Shown here: in pieces, positions 1 to 21,421 of the stretch
Layout: each line of letters starts with the position of its first letter
Position numbering within the stretch: the stretch's first letter is position 1
Assembly: GCA_012295275.1 (NCBI GenBank)
Contig: CM022679.1
Location: forward strand, 31,062,001 to 31,126,000
Direction of reading: 5' to 3'
From: Chrysomallon squamiferum
Taxonomy: Eukaryota > Animalia > Mollusca
Length of the DNA stretch: 64,000 nucleotides
Notes under the pieces: model-generated
Databases searched by the model: none
What the model was told of the DNA's origin: nothing
Seen by the model: the letters and a program-made list of their open reading frames with translations, nothing else
Translations under genes and position numbers: made by a program

Positions 1-834
1 CTTTCATCTAAATAGGTAAAACGTTTCTTATTATATGGCTTTAATTATATACATGTAATTTTAATAGTATTTTTTAATATTATTATTATTACTACTACTA
101 CTTTCCTATATTTGTTATTATTATTATTAATTGTTTTGTATCACTAGTCACTTTTTTGCTATTTCATTTGCGTCTGACTTACTCTACGTCACTATGAGAG
201 TTTTTTACTTAAAATTGTTCGTAAGAATAAAACACATATAATGTAATTCTAGTTAAAGGAATATATTCATGTTAAGAAAACTATGAAGATGTAAAATGAA
301 ACTATGTAAGATAAATCGTAAAACTGAATACTGTTTTCTGCCACTTGAAGTCTAATAAATGAATTATTTAAACTCGGAGTTACAAAGTTTTTGATGATTT
401 TGTAGCTGTCGTTAGTTCATCATTTAGCAATACAAATTCAGAGACCATCCTTGATAATATCCCTCAAAGTGTTCATATTAATAGTCATACTTTTAGGGAC
501 CCAAACTAGTCATTAGAAATTTATTGATAACGTTACAGAAAAAAATATATATAATACAATGCAACACTATCGATAATCGAGTACTGGAATCATTAAATAT
601 ATTAAGAATTTATGTTAGTAATAAACGGAAGGTTCCGCATTAGAATGAACATTAATTAGGTTAGTAATGCAATATTTTGTTTTTGCATACATTCGGTATT
701 AAAAAACAAAGCAAGATAGTTTCACTCTAGGCTGTCATTTTGAAGGTATAATATCATATCAAATAAAAAAAGCTATTTTTACTAACGTTTATACCCTTTG
801 TCTTTCTTTTAATACGCATATCCATAAGAATTAC

Positions 835-907
<73 letters not shown>

Positions 908-1319
908 CTATCTCTGCTTCTCCTTCTCTGTGTGGATGACTCTCTGTATCTACAGCTTTTTATGCCCTTTACATACAATCCAGAAATAACCAACACTTCT
1001 CTCCTCACAAATATATACAATTTTTTCACAGACACTCACAAATACACACACCTATAGAAACACAGATATTTTTGGAATTATTCACCTGAGTGTTTATTTT
1101 CTTTGTACAGCAGCCCATTCACTCTGTGTGTATGACTCTCTGTATCTATAGCTTTTTATGCCCTTCACATACAATCCAGAAATAACCAACACTTCTCTCC
1201 TCACAAATATATACGGTTGTTCTCCCATGTGGACACTCAGACACTCACAAATAGACACACACATAGAAACACAGATATTTTTGCAATTATTCACCTGAGT
1301 GTTTATCTTCTTTGTATAG

Positions 1320-8232
<6,913 letters not shown>

Positions 8233-8450
8233 GGATCCTCGCAAGTAAGTCAAATATGTTTTAAGTCCACATTAACATCAGAAAACAAAGATAAATATAT
8301 ATCTGAGACATGAAGAAAGCTAGATGTGCAGAAGAATGACTGTATACTTATCAAAATTTTGAAACAGTTTAGTTATAGGGAACTCGTTATTATTTATTTG
8401 TTTATTTGCTTATTTACATTATATACATTTATTTGTTGATTTTACTTCAG

Positions 8451-8505
8451 AGCCACGAGTGAACTGTTAAAAGAGAAAGATGTTACACGCTAAGGAGATA
8501 ATAAA
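8451..8505 (+). terminator. 3'-terminal exon with AATAAA polyadenylation signal, gene 1
   Basis: tttacttcag acceptor at 8441-8450; in phase 2 reads ATSELLKEKDVTR* (TAA 8491-8493); AATAAA at 8500-8505. Homologous exons end genes 2, 4, 5 and 6. Confidence 0.6.
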
Positions 8506-8574
8506 GTGCTAATGTAAAACATTGAAATGACTGTTATGAATCTATTTTAACTATTTAAAAGCGAGGGCATGAAA

Positions 8575-8686
<112 letters not shown>

Positions 8687-10196
8687 GTGTATAATTGCCT
8701 ATTTATCCATTTCGAAATTTGTATTCCCTTTCAGGATAAAACACATCTAGTCCTGCAGTCTACCTGCAATAACTATTTACAAAACAGAAGAAAAAGAAAT
8801 GAGAATATTTCCTTGTTACATTACGTAGCATATTAGTATCACTGAAAAAAGACATAAAATAATAAGATTATTATTATTATTAGTTACAATTACTCTGCTA
8901 AATTTCATACTGTAAGAGAAGGAAAACATTTAAACAGAACATTTGTATTGTAGATAGTAGTAGTAGTAGTGTAAGTATTAAGATATTAATTAAACATACT
9001 TCACTAAAACAATTGCGGTATCTAGTACAGTAAGTAATAATGATGAATAATGAAATGAAAGTAAGCAATGATAATAATGCACTAAGCCAAATACACAATA
9101 AATGTTTTAATGCTATTATCGGACACTAGAAGATACATAAATAAAAAATAAATAAACAAGACATAAAATAGTAATGCTATTTTAACTATCTCTATTGCAT
9201 TAATAATATAGTAATTAGTAATAATGAATAATGAAATGACAATATACAATAATAATAATGCACAAAGGCATATTTACATGAAACACCTGAATACGATTAT
9301 CGGAAAGACGAAAAAAAAAAATAACAAGTAATATAAACCAGAGATAAAATACAAATATTATTTTAACTACCTCTATTGATTTTCAGGTCTTTTTATAAGT
9401 AATGTCCATGGCATGATGAAGCATTCAGTAAATGGGAAAAAAGTCTTTAGTGAAGAAGATAAAAATAAAATATTTTAATATATATGTTAATAATAAAGTA
9501 ATCTCATTCCTCATTGCGTTTAGTAAGATATATTAATAAAATATTATATAGGAGAGGATTTTCAAGAAACAATTAGTCTTACATTTAATTGTGTTTTACA
9601 GATCTGGTATTAAATATCAGCAAATATTTATAAATAATCCATGATAGGGACATTCCATGTCGAATCACACAGTGGGTTTAACCCGATAAATCAGACTTTG
9701 TTGACACGTGGAATATAAATCTCAAGTATTAGCTGGGATTTGTTGGCCGAAAATCAGAATTCAAAGTAAGGTTATAATATAGTATTAAAGCTGTGTCATT
9801 ATTAAATTGTATTTTATTATTAAACTGAAACTATTACAGTTCTCGACATTTTATATGTTGTATAGGTAATATTTTGCAGATTAATCTTGACTTGAGGTGA
9901 TTTAAAAAGGACCAGGTCTCATTCAAGATTATTAGAGTTAAATGAAATAAACGCTGATGTAGTTAGTTATTAGGGTAAGGTGGGGTAATTGTGTCTCCAC
10001 AAGATATCTGGCCCCCAACGTATATTATAACTTCCGAGAATTATACTCCTCTGTCGGAACATTGTTGATATAAACAGAACTTTACTATCTCTCATTAGAA
10101 CAAACGGTGTATGTAATCAGCCCTTTACATGTGAAGTATGTTGGCCATGAATGAAGTGAAATCAACAAGGTTCAAAACAAAGTTCATTTTGTGTGT

Positions 10197-10276
<80 letters not shown>

Positions 10277-10842
10277 CTGCACGTTTAAGCATTTAGTGTA
10301 CAACTCATGCAATAATTATTTAGAAAACAATGACAGTACATCGATGTATATTTTACACTTTGTGTGAGAGAAAGATGAGTTGAAATAATAATAATATAAT
10401 TTGTAGTTACAATAAGTCTGTCAAATTTCATAACGTAAGAGAAAGATTAAATTTAAGCAGAAAAGTATTATTGTAGGTTTGTACGTACGTACTACCGGTA
10501 GTACTACGATATCAATTAATCACATTTCACTAAAACTGTTGAGGTATCTATTACAATAGACAGTAATAATGAATAATAATATTACACTATAGAATAATAA
10601 TAAAGGAAACGTTTGAATAGTTTTATTGGAGAGTAGAACAAAAAAGAAATAAAAAATAACAAAAAAAAATTAAGAAAGAAAGAGAGAAAAATAAATAAAC
10701 GAGAGATTAAGCAGATAATATTATTTTAACTATCTCTACTGTAGTAATAACAGCAAAGTAGAAACACATTTAAAAAAGATATATATGACAGTTTGAGAAC
10801 ATAAATCAGAAGCTCATATAACTGACAGTTATAAAAAAAGTA

Positions 10843-11411
10843 CAGGGAAACAAAAGTGAATGTGTTATTTTCTCTTTCATCCTGTTAACGTATTTCCCTA
10901 AGATTTTAAACTTTCTTCCGTATGTAGACACCAACTGTTCGAAAAAGTTACTACGTTTAACTGTATTCTTTTCTCTTTTGTGTGTTGTAATTTTGTGCTT
11001 GGGGATACACGGAATACCCGGGCTACGGTCGAGAAGGATTCGCCAGCTTGTAAACGGCCGATGGCGTTGTTTCGTTGCGGTTCCCTCAGTCGTGGCATTT
11101 GTTTGATGTTGGGTCACAACAGAAATAAAGAACAGAAGTATTCGAAAACCTTGCAGTTTTATAACCCTCGTATTCAAGTTTCTTGTGCTGCACGTGCGCA
11201 TGCACTGGTAACGTGGTTTGCATGCGGGGACGCTTTGGCTAATAAACACGATTATAGCCTTTATTTCTGTTAACTACTTTTTAGCGACTGTAAGTAAAGC
11301 TATATGTTTGAATCACCAAATGTCATTATACTCATAGTTTGTACATCGATATGTGTAGTTTACAATAGTTATCTAAGAAATCAACCATTTTGCGTTTCTC
11401 TTTTGGGAGAA
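10843..11411 (-). mobile_element. Tc1/mariner DNA transposon fragment (N-terminal HTH of transposase, internally deleted)
   Basis: ORF 10898-11098(-) starts MPRLREPQRNNAIGRLQAGESFSTVARVFRVSPST, typical of the paired-like HTH at Tc1 transposase N-termini. Similarity stops after ~35 aa. TA-flanked, TIR-like ends near 10843 and 11411 do not match each other, so this may be a composite. Confidence 0.7.
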
Positions 11412-11552
11412 TATAATATTAATAATCCTATTATTTTATGTCATTTTTCAGTCACATTAGTATGTTACATAATGTATGAAGGTAATATTGTCATTTCTTT
11501 TTCTTCTGTTTTCTAAATAGTTACTGCACGTTAGCAACAGGATTTTATACAC

Positions 11553-11660
<108 letters not shown>

Positions 11661-11736
11661 GCACAACCATTAATGGTTTCATTCCCTCCCTATTAAAGAG
11701 CTATAACAGATTCATTTCAATGTTTTACATCAGCAT

Positions 11737-11794
11737 TTTATTATCTTTTCAGTAGTTTACAACATCCTTCTCCTTTTACAGTTCACTCGTCGCT
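11737..11794 (-). terminator. 3'-terminal exon with AATAAA, gene 2
   Basis: Reverse-complement homolog of 8451-8505: acceptor ctacttcag ending at 11795; AATAAA at 11737-11742. Confidence 0.55.
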
Positions 11795-12574
11795 CTGAAG
11801 TAGAATAAAATATATCTGAGAAAGGGAGAAAGCTAGATGGGCAGAAGAATGACTGTATAATTATAAAAATTTCGAAATAGCTTTGTTATAGGCAACTCAT
11901 TATTTATTTATTTATGTGTTTGTTTATTTACTTGATGTTAATGATGGACTTAAATTATACTTACTTACTTGTCATGGGGGATAGGGCGGCCGTCTACACC
12001 TAAAAAAAATAAAACATTTACTCAGTGGAACTTTTCCCTGAATCGAAACATTAACTAGGTACTCTTTACCTTTTACCTCAGTCTGACATTGTCAGTAATA
12101 TACAGAGTTGATATCTCTGACATAAAGCGTCTCTAGTCGATCACTCAGGGATGTTTAATGTACACGATCATGACTCGTATACTGTCACTATTCACAGTTC
12201 ATGTTCAGCTGCATCTATCTTATATACCATAAATTAATGTTAACTTACTTGACATATTCCAAATTTATTACACTATGAACAAAACAAAGAGGTTATAAAT
12301 TATTCTCATATTATAAACAATAATAATATTGTTCTTGTTGCCATTGGCATCATCATCATCATCGTCATCATCATCATTATTATTTTTAATTTATTTATTT
12401 ATTTTAAATAATATACAGTTGCTGTTATCATATATATATATACAAAATAGAACCAAATTCAACAGCGATTTATCGATATTGCTATTATTGTTATTGTTGT
12501 TATTATTACTATTATTATTCTGATCATCATTGTTATTTTTTTTATTCATTTTTTTTTATTTCACTTACTCTATA

Positions 12575-13305
12575 CTATCCCGAAATGTGCCTGAAAAAAA
12601 GAAAATATATATATATATATATGTGTGTGTTACATATTGCACCTTTTCACTGAATACAAACATTAAGAAGCTGCAGTTTACCTTTATCTCAGTCTGACAT
12701 TGTCTGTAATATACAGAGTTGATAGCTCAGACATAAAGTGTCTCTAGTCGATCATTCAGGGATATTTACTTTATGTGATTATGACTCGTATATTGGCGCG
12801 ATCCGTCATTTTAAGTTCAGCTGCATATATCTTATGTAGGATAAATTAATGTTAATTTAATGGTCGCACTTCAAGTGTATTACACAGCGAAGAAGGAGAT
12901 TTATAAATTATTCACGTATTATAAACAATAATAAACTTTAGTTTTACAATCTCAGTGGATATTGTTATTACTTTTGCTGTTGTCAGATTAGATAAATTGT
13001 AATCTACACCGTTATTGTTAAAACAGTATTTCATCTATTATGTATCAAGATTGAGTTAAGAAAGAAAACACAAACACACACACATATACATATACACATA
13101 TACACAAAAACAAAAAGTGAACTGGATTTGGCCTGAGATGCCTCTGAGTTATTACTTAGTGTGTACGAATGTAATGTTGAAGGTTTGTTTACTTAATAAT
13201 ATCTTAATTACTTTTGTGCACGTTTAAAATATTTCCGGAGATCAAGAAAAGAATATTGATATTAAAAAATAGACAAAATATCATTTTGTCCTGTCTTCAG
13301 TTTAG

Positions 13306-13352
<47 letters not shown>

Positions 13353-13353
13353 A

Positions 13354-13390
<37 letters not shown>

Positions 13391-14218
13391 GACAACAAGA
13401 AAAACAAAACAAAAAACAACCGTATAGTTATTACTGAGATATATGTTTTGAAGTTATTAATAGGTGTTCCAAAACAAAGACACAAAGTCAGATAATAGTG
13501 CTCTATTATTGGTGATGTTATTTACGTTAGGGCTTAATACAAAGGTACTCACTCAAGACCCCCAAATTTAGGTCTGTTAAAAAAGAAAAAGCGTCAGGTG
13601 AACAATTGAGCAGTTACATATCTTTTTCCAGATAGTTTACAAGTCAGAATAGTAGGATAAAAATAAAATAAAAGTAACAAAGTAGTACAACATCAATATA
13701 TTTCATATATATATATATATACATATACATACATACATATGTAGATACATAATTATCTCGGAGGTCTGAAGTAAAATAAATAAAGTAAATAAAGTAAATA
13801 TATAAATCAAATAAACACACACACACACACGCATATATATATATATATATATATATCTAAAATGAGTTTCCTATAACTAAAATATTTGTAAGTTTTAATC
13901 AGGGATTATTGTTTATCATTACACAGTCATTCTTGCTTATATCTAGCTTACTCCCTGTGTCAGACATATTTATCTTTTGTTTCTTCATATTAATCAGGAT
14001 TTAAAATACACTTCACTTACCTGTCAATGATAAAGTTTAACCCATACTGGCTGAAAAAAAACAACATAAAAATATTTCTTTGAATAGAAACATTAACCAG
14101 GTACAGTTTACCTTTTACTTCAGTTTGACATTGTCTACAATCGTGATATTAATAAATAGACAAAATATCATTTTGGCATCTTTTCAATTTAGAAACACCC
14201 CCACACACAAACACTCCA

Positions 14219-14254
<36 letters not shown>

Positions 14255-15578
14255 AGTAAAGTTATTACTGAGATATATGTTTTGAGGTTTTAACAGGTGT
14301 TCCAAAACAAAGACACAAAGTGATATAAAAGTGCTCTATTATTGGTGATGACGTTTATGTTCGGGCTTAATAGAATGATAGTCAAAAAAAAGGGGGCGGA
14401 CTGTTAAAAAAGAAAGAGAATCAGGTGAATAAATCAGCAGATCAAAAATATGAATTCATTTTTTTCCAGATACTTTACTAGTCAGTGTACAAGCAAAAAA
14501 TCAAACAAAAGTAAACGCAGATATATTTGATACATTTGCACCTCCATACATATGTACATATATGGATACATACATGCCTACATACATATGTAGATAGATA
14601 AATAGATAGGTAGTGTTCTCACAGATCTGAAGTAAAATAAGTAAATAAAGTTAATAAAATAAATTTATAAATGAAGTAAATACACACACACACAACATAC
14701 ATACATACATACATACATACATAGATACATACATGTATAAAATGAGTTGCCTATAACTAAAATATTTGTAAGTTTTAATCAGGGATTATTGTTTATCGTT
14801 ACACGGTCATTCTTCTGCATATCCAGGTTTCTCGCTGTGTCAGACATACTTACCTTTGTTTCTTCATATTAATCAGGACTTAAAATACACTTGACTTACT
14901 GCTTAAAGCGATAGGATCGCCCAAACCGGCTGAAAATAAAAAACAAAAATCTTTCTTCGAATAGAAACATTAACCAGGTACTGTTTACCTTTTACCTGTT
15001 TGACAGTGTCTGCAATCGTGATATTAGTAAATCGACAAAATATCATTTTGGCGTTCTTTCAATTTAGAAACACAGACACACAAACAAAAAAAAAAAAAAA
15101 AAAAAAAAAAAAAACAGTAAAGTTATTACTGAGATATATGTTTTGAGGTTTTTAACAGGTGTTCCAAAACAAAGACACAAAGTGATATAAAAGTGCTCTA
15201 TTATTGGTGATGACGTTTATGTTCGGGCTTAATAGAATGATAGAAAAAAAGGGGGCGGAATGTTAAAAAAGAAAGAGAATCAGGTGAATAAATCAGCAGT
15301 TCAAAAATATGAATTCATCTTTTTCAGTTAGTTTACTAGTCAGTGTACAAGGAAAAAGTCAAATAAAAGTAACAAAAGTAGTACAACACAGATATATTTC
15401 ATACATGTACACATACATAAATATGTACATATATGGATACATACATGCAGATGTAGATAGAAAGATAAATAGATAGGTAGTTTTCTCACAGATCTGAAGT
15501 AAAATAAGTAAATAAAGTAAATAAAATAAATATATAAATGAAATAAATACACACAGACAACATACATACATAGATAAG

Positions 15579-15624
<46 letters not shown>

Positions 15625-17476
15625 ATTCTTCTGCCTATCTAGCTTTCTCCCTGTGTCAGACATATTTATCTTCGTTTCTTCATATTAATCAGGACTTAAA
15701 ATACACTTGACTTATATACATAAATACACTGCAATATACATAAAGTATCTCTGAACCATCATTCTGGGATGTTTAATTTACATGATTAAGACTCGAATAC
15801 AAGCGCTATCCGTCAGTTTATCTTCATCTGCATCTATCTTACGTGGGATAAATTAATATTATGTTACTGGATGTATTCCACGTTTATTTACCATGAATAA
15901 AATAAGGAGATTATAAATTATTCTCGAATTATAAATAATAATAAAGTTTAATTTAACAGTCATTTGTGGATATTGTTATCGTTCTCATTGTTATTGTTAT
16001 TATTATTACTATTATTATCATGATCATCATTATTAGTACTATTATTATTTATTAAGGAATTAATTCAGTTTTATTGTATAATATAACATTTTCTGTTACC
16101 ATATTATATGAACTGTAATCTACTTCATTATTGTTAAAATTATATTTGGTCTATTTTTTATCAAGAGTCAGTTAAGAAGAAAAAAACACATACACTTATG
16201 CACACAAAGACAAACACTCAATTGGATTTGGCCTTAGACTCGTCTGAATTATTACTCTAGTTCTCAACAGGTGTTGAACACAAAGGAAAAAATGATATAA
16301 TAGTGCCGTAATATTGGTGATGCCATTTATATTAGGACGTAACAGAACGATACTAACTAAAACGAGCCACTGATGCCTTTCCAGTAAAAAGAAAAAAAAA
16401 CCAGTCAGGTGAATAATTATGCCGTTCAAAAATACGAATTCATCTTTTTCAGTTATTTTATTAGTGAATTTACTAGCAAAAAGTAAAATGAAAGTAACAA
16501 AAACAGTATGAATTAAATATATTTCATATACTCACACACATACATACATACATACATACATACATACATACATACATACATACATACTTACATATATACA
16601 TAGATTGATAGATAAATAGATAAATAATTTTCTCACCGCTGTGAAGTAAAATAAAGTAAATAAATTGAATATATGCTTATAACTAAACTATTTCGAGATT
16701 TTCATGAGTCCTTCTTCTAACAATCTAGCTTTCTCTGTGTGTCAGAGATATTTTATCTTTGTATCTTCATATTAATGTGGACCTAAAATATACTTCACTT
16801 ACTTGTCAGAGCGGATGGAAAAAAATAAGAATATTTGACTGAATATAACTTTTCGCTGAATAGAAAAATTAAGCAGGTACGGTTTACCTTTTACCTTAGT
16901 TTGACATTGTCTGTAATATTGAGACGATATCTCAGAGATAAAGATGTTTAATGTATATGATTATGGAATTATCCGTCATTTTATGTTCGGATGTTATAAT
17001 TATTGTTGTTATTACTATTATCATCATCATCGTCAATCATCATTTTAATTTATTTTCGGATATTGTTAATTGTTAATTGTTGTTGTTTTATTTATTTATT
17101 TTTAAATAATATAGCAATTGCTGTTATGATATATACACACACAAACAGAAACACACACACACACACACATTTACATGCATTTGGCCTGAGATAGGTCTGC
17201 ATTATTACTTAGTGTGTACGAATGTGATGTTTTATTTATTTAGGAGGAAGTTTCAGTATTCAGTTTTTCGATTTATTTTACATAGTTGTATTTTACATCT
17301 GAATAGTATTCCTAAGATGAATATATTCCTTTAACTAAAATTACATTGTATCTGTTTTATTCTTACGTATAATTTGAAGTAAATCATACTAACGTAAAGC
17401 AAGTCAACCGTAAATGAAATAGCAAATATTTGACTTAAAATATATAGGAATATAACATCAAGTGATTAGTGAAGAA

Positions 17477-17566
<90 letters not shown>

Positions 17567-17920
17567 AAGATTTTAAAAACCCATTAAATTGTATGTATGT
17601 AATAAAAGCCTTATAGTAAGAAAAGTTTTACATTCAAAATTGTTTAGGTGAAATGTTTTATTTCTTACAACTCCATATATGTATCTGTATTGGAATAAAT
17701 TACGATTATTACAAACATGTTTAATTACATGTACAATCCCCAACATTAAAGAAAGTATTTTATTTTGCAGTCATCTCGATTCATTCACCCCTCTCACTTT
17801 AATTTTACTGGACAGGAATATGGAAAACGAAACTTACATGTTTCCCTTTGATGTTAATTCGACCTGCACTGATCCGAAAATAATCAAGAGCAGAATAATT
17901 TGCAGTTTCAACGCAAACAT
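12575..17920 (-). CDS. Micro-exon amidated-peptide precursor gene 2
   Basis: Signal exon 17838-17920; micro-exons 14900-14929, 14021-14050, 13553-13573; stop exon 12569-12590; alternative stop exon 11969-11999. Joined: MFALKLQIILLLIIFGSVQVELTSKGNIRFGRSYRFKHQYGLNFIIDRPKFGGLEHISG*. Several decayed exon slots lie between these. Confidence 0.65.
17838..17920 (-). CDS. Signal-peptide exon (proximal) of gene 2
   Basis: ATG..MFALKLQIILLLIIFGSVQVELTSKGN+AT|GTAAGT: basic n-region, hydrophobic core, phase-2 donor. Confidence 0.75.
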
Positions 17921-18160
17921 AGTGAACAGCTTCGACTGGAAAACTGCACGGATTCGTTAAAAGAAGGTAATTTAGACAAAAGTAGACGAAACATTAATTT
18001 TTCAGTGTACCAAGAGCACTTATTGTTCAGTATCATTGCAAATTATCATTGCCAAAAAACTATACTATATACATACCTATATATTAATGACACGTTTCAG
18101 AAATGTATACATTTAATATACAGCGTTTTCCTGAACAGCAAAAGGGAAAACGAAACTTAC

Positions 18161-18249
18161 CAGATATAGCATATGGATGGGGTTAATTCGATCTGCACTG
18201 ATCCCAAAATAATCAAGAGCAGAATAATTTGCAGTTTCAACTCAAACAT
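18161..18249 (-). CDS. Second, upstream signal-peptide exon of gene 2 (alternative first exon)
   Basis: MFELKLQIILLLIILGSVQIELTPSICYI+TG|GTAAGT: tandem duplicate with intact ATG and donor. Confidence 0.65.
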
Positions 18250-18929
18250 AGTGAACAACTTCTACTGGAAAACTGCACGGATTTGTTAAAAGAATGTAAC
18301 TTACAAAACAAATAGACGAAACATTGATTTTACTGTTTACCAAGAGCACTTAGTGTTCAGAATTATACATGTAAAAATAATTATAAAGTGAAAATAACTT
18401 AACAAAAATAGTTGTAATATTCAGTGATCTAGCTGTAAGAATATGTGCAATATCGTTGGCACGAGGTATTTAGCATGATGCACGAACGCAATAATAATGA
18501 AACAAACGTCTGATATATAACAAATTACTGTGGCAAAAAGCAAAATAAATGTAAAGTTTGTGGCAGGTGAAACGATTAAACATCGAATTTTCATATATTT
18601 GTTTTATAATTAATTTGCTCTGTGTATTCTGTCGAGTTCTCTTTCTGTATGTCTGTCATAAATGTTTGTATGTCTGTATCTGTTTAGCAATGTATCTATT
18701 TCAGTATCTATGTATATATTATATATATATATATATATCTGTGTCTATCTATCTCTCTGTCTGTCTGTCTATCTATCTATCTATATCTGTCTACATCTAT
18801 AATTTATGAATAAAATCGTCACAAAGATTTTACTTTTTCCCCTAAGCACTTATTTTTCAGTATGATTGAAAATTGTTACAGATTTCGACAAATAAAAAAT
18901 GTTTTTAATGACTAAGTTCTAGTTTCGAT

Positions 18930-19195
18930 CCGAGTACACTGAAATTTCTTTAAGCCCACCAACTTCATCTCATCTGACTTTTATTTGCACCCTCCACACC
19001 GACTTCACAAGTTGCCAACGTTCTTGTAATTCTGAAACATGGTAAGACGGTCAAGTTCGATGCAGTGGGGGTTTGTGGGTTAAAATGATAATGTTACAAA
19101 TTTACACTACAGAGTTATAATTCTAAAGTGGTCTATTAAATACGAACTGACTTTATCAATCCCAAAATCGTCGATTTCAACACCACATGTTTCCC
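18930..19195. promoter_or_regulatory. Conserved non-coding block upstream of the signal exons (copy upstream of gene 2)
   Basis: GC-richer ~270-bp block also found at ~21915-22190, ~30490-30770 and, diverged, ~58210-58460, always in the same orientation relative to the gene. Function not demonstrated. Confidence 0.3.
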
Positions 19196-19965
19196 AACTT
19201 ATGCAGTAAACCATTTCCAAACTCTTGTGTAATTATGACATATTAATCACATTTTTTGTTTTTTGCTAAGATGCTAATAGATAATATATTTTATTTATTC
19301 TACACAAAATTTTAGTATGAAATAGTAATATTTTTTTTATCTTCCTAATCCTAGTGAGAAATGAGATTACATTATTATAAGCACGTATATTATTGTTTTC
19401 ATCTTCACTGAAGACATATTCTTCCATTTACTGAATGATTATTCATGCCATTCACATTACTTTTATCAATTTCTAAAAATGTCTTGTTCGTAATATAAAG
19501 CTATTTTATCATTCTCGAATTCAATAATAATGCTCTTCTAAAAACATACTGAATTTGCTTAATCAGAAATATTTTTATGACAGATACACAATAACAAAAT
19601 CAACTAAAATCGGAATTAAGATTTAAAAAAGTGCGAGTTGTTGCATTTTTTTCATAATATTATAATAACTTGTTAGCGATTATAAATATTTGTTTTCGTT
19701 TGTTATTTAATATGGTCAAAATTTCTGAAAGAAAACAGCTACATAAAACAGTCTGTTGTATGAGTTTTCGTTTTGTGTTTTTCAAACTGTCATATTTATC
19801 TTTTTAAATGCATTTCTGCTCCCTTGTTATTAATGCAGAACAGGTAGTTGAAATAATGTTACTATTTTATCTCTCGTTTATTTCATTTGTTTATATATAT
19901 GCGTATTTATTTACATTATTCATCTATATAGAGCAGCTTGAAAACTGTAATGTTGTTATTATTAC

Positions 19966-20008
<43 letters not shown>

Positions 20009-21374
20009 ATTATTATTATTATTATTATTATAGCTTTTCTTCCAATTTTGCTGTCCCATAATACTATCCAAATGTTTCTTGTAAATATGCTTTCGTTGTT
20101 TATTATTATTCTGTACATAATGTTGTTATTTATTATTTCTAGCTACTGTAACAGATACCACAATTGTTTCAGTTAAGTTATATTTAATTAATATCTTAGT
20201 GGTGACAATGAATATAAATTTATACTGTATTATTTAAAATAATATTGTAATAACTTGCAATCGATTATAAACATATATATTTTCGTTTGATATTTAATAT
20301 TGTCATAATTTCTGATAGAAAACAGTACATCATCCTCGATGAACAGATATATAAAACTGTCAATTGTACGTGAGTGTGATTTATTTTTTCAAACTCATAT
20401 TTTTCTTTTTAAATGTGTTTTTACTTTGTTGTTATTAGTACAGTAGAGGTAGTCTAAATAATATTATCTACTTTATCTCTCATTTATTAGATTTTAATCT
20501 ATTTTGTTTTTGTCAGTCTCTTTTTTTTGTTCTTTTCGTTGTTGTTTTTTGTTGATTTTTTTGTTTTGTTTGTTTGTTGATTTTCTGATGTCCCATATTG
20601 CTATTCAAACGTTTCATGGAAATATGCCTTCGCTCTTTATTGTTATTCTATACTGTAATGTAATTATTCATTATTAGTATCTACTGTAATAAATACCTCC
20701 ATTGTTTTAGTTAAATATGTTTAATTGATATCCTAGTACTAACAGTAGTACGTACGTACAAACCTACAATAATATAATTCTATTTAAATTTAATCCTTCT
20801 CTTACAGAATGAAGTTCAGTAGAGTTATTATAACTAATAATAATAATAATAATATAATTATTTTAAATAATCTTCTGTCATACTAACATATTACATAATA
20901 TTGAAATGTTTTTTTTAAAGTACGCAAACGTTATTCTTATAAGGTATAAATCTGTAATTTAATTATTCGTTATTATTACTGTTATATAATTTATATTAGT
21001 ACTGTTGTCTAAGTAATTATTACAGATGGCTTATAAAAAAAAGGACGAGTTATATACTAAAACATAATATATATTTCGAAACAGATAATTAGAAAATTAT
21101 CCACAAACTGAGAGAGAGAGAGTGAGAGACGATTTCATGACCTCGCTTTTAAATAGCTTGTTTAATTCCTAATTATCTATATTATTATAGGTGTCTACGT
21201 ACATACTAGAGTTACCAGTAAGATATTAATTGAACATATTTAACTAAAACAATTGTGACATCTATAACAGTAATAATGAATAATAACATTACAATATAGA
21301 AAAACAATAAAGGACGAAAATATATTTGCATGAAACATTTGAATAGCATTATGGGACAACCGAAAAAAAGCGAT

Positions 21375-21421
<47 letters not shown>

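Noticed and set aside
9970-10030. ggtaaggtggggtaa motif resembling a pogo/mariner terminal repeat
   Set aside because: No matching second end or transposase remnant was found.
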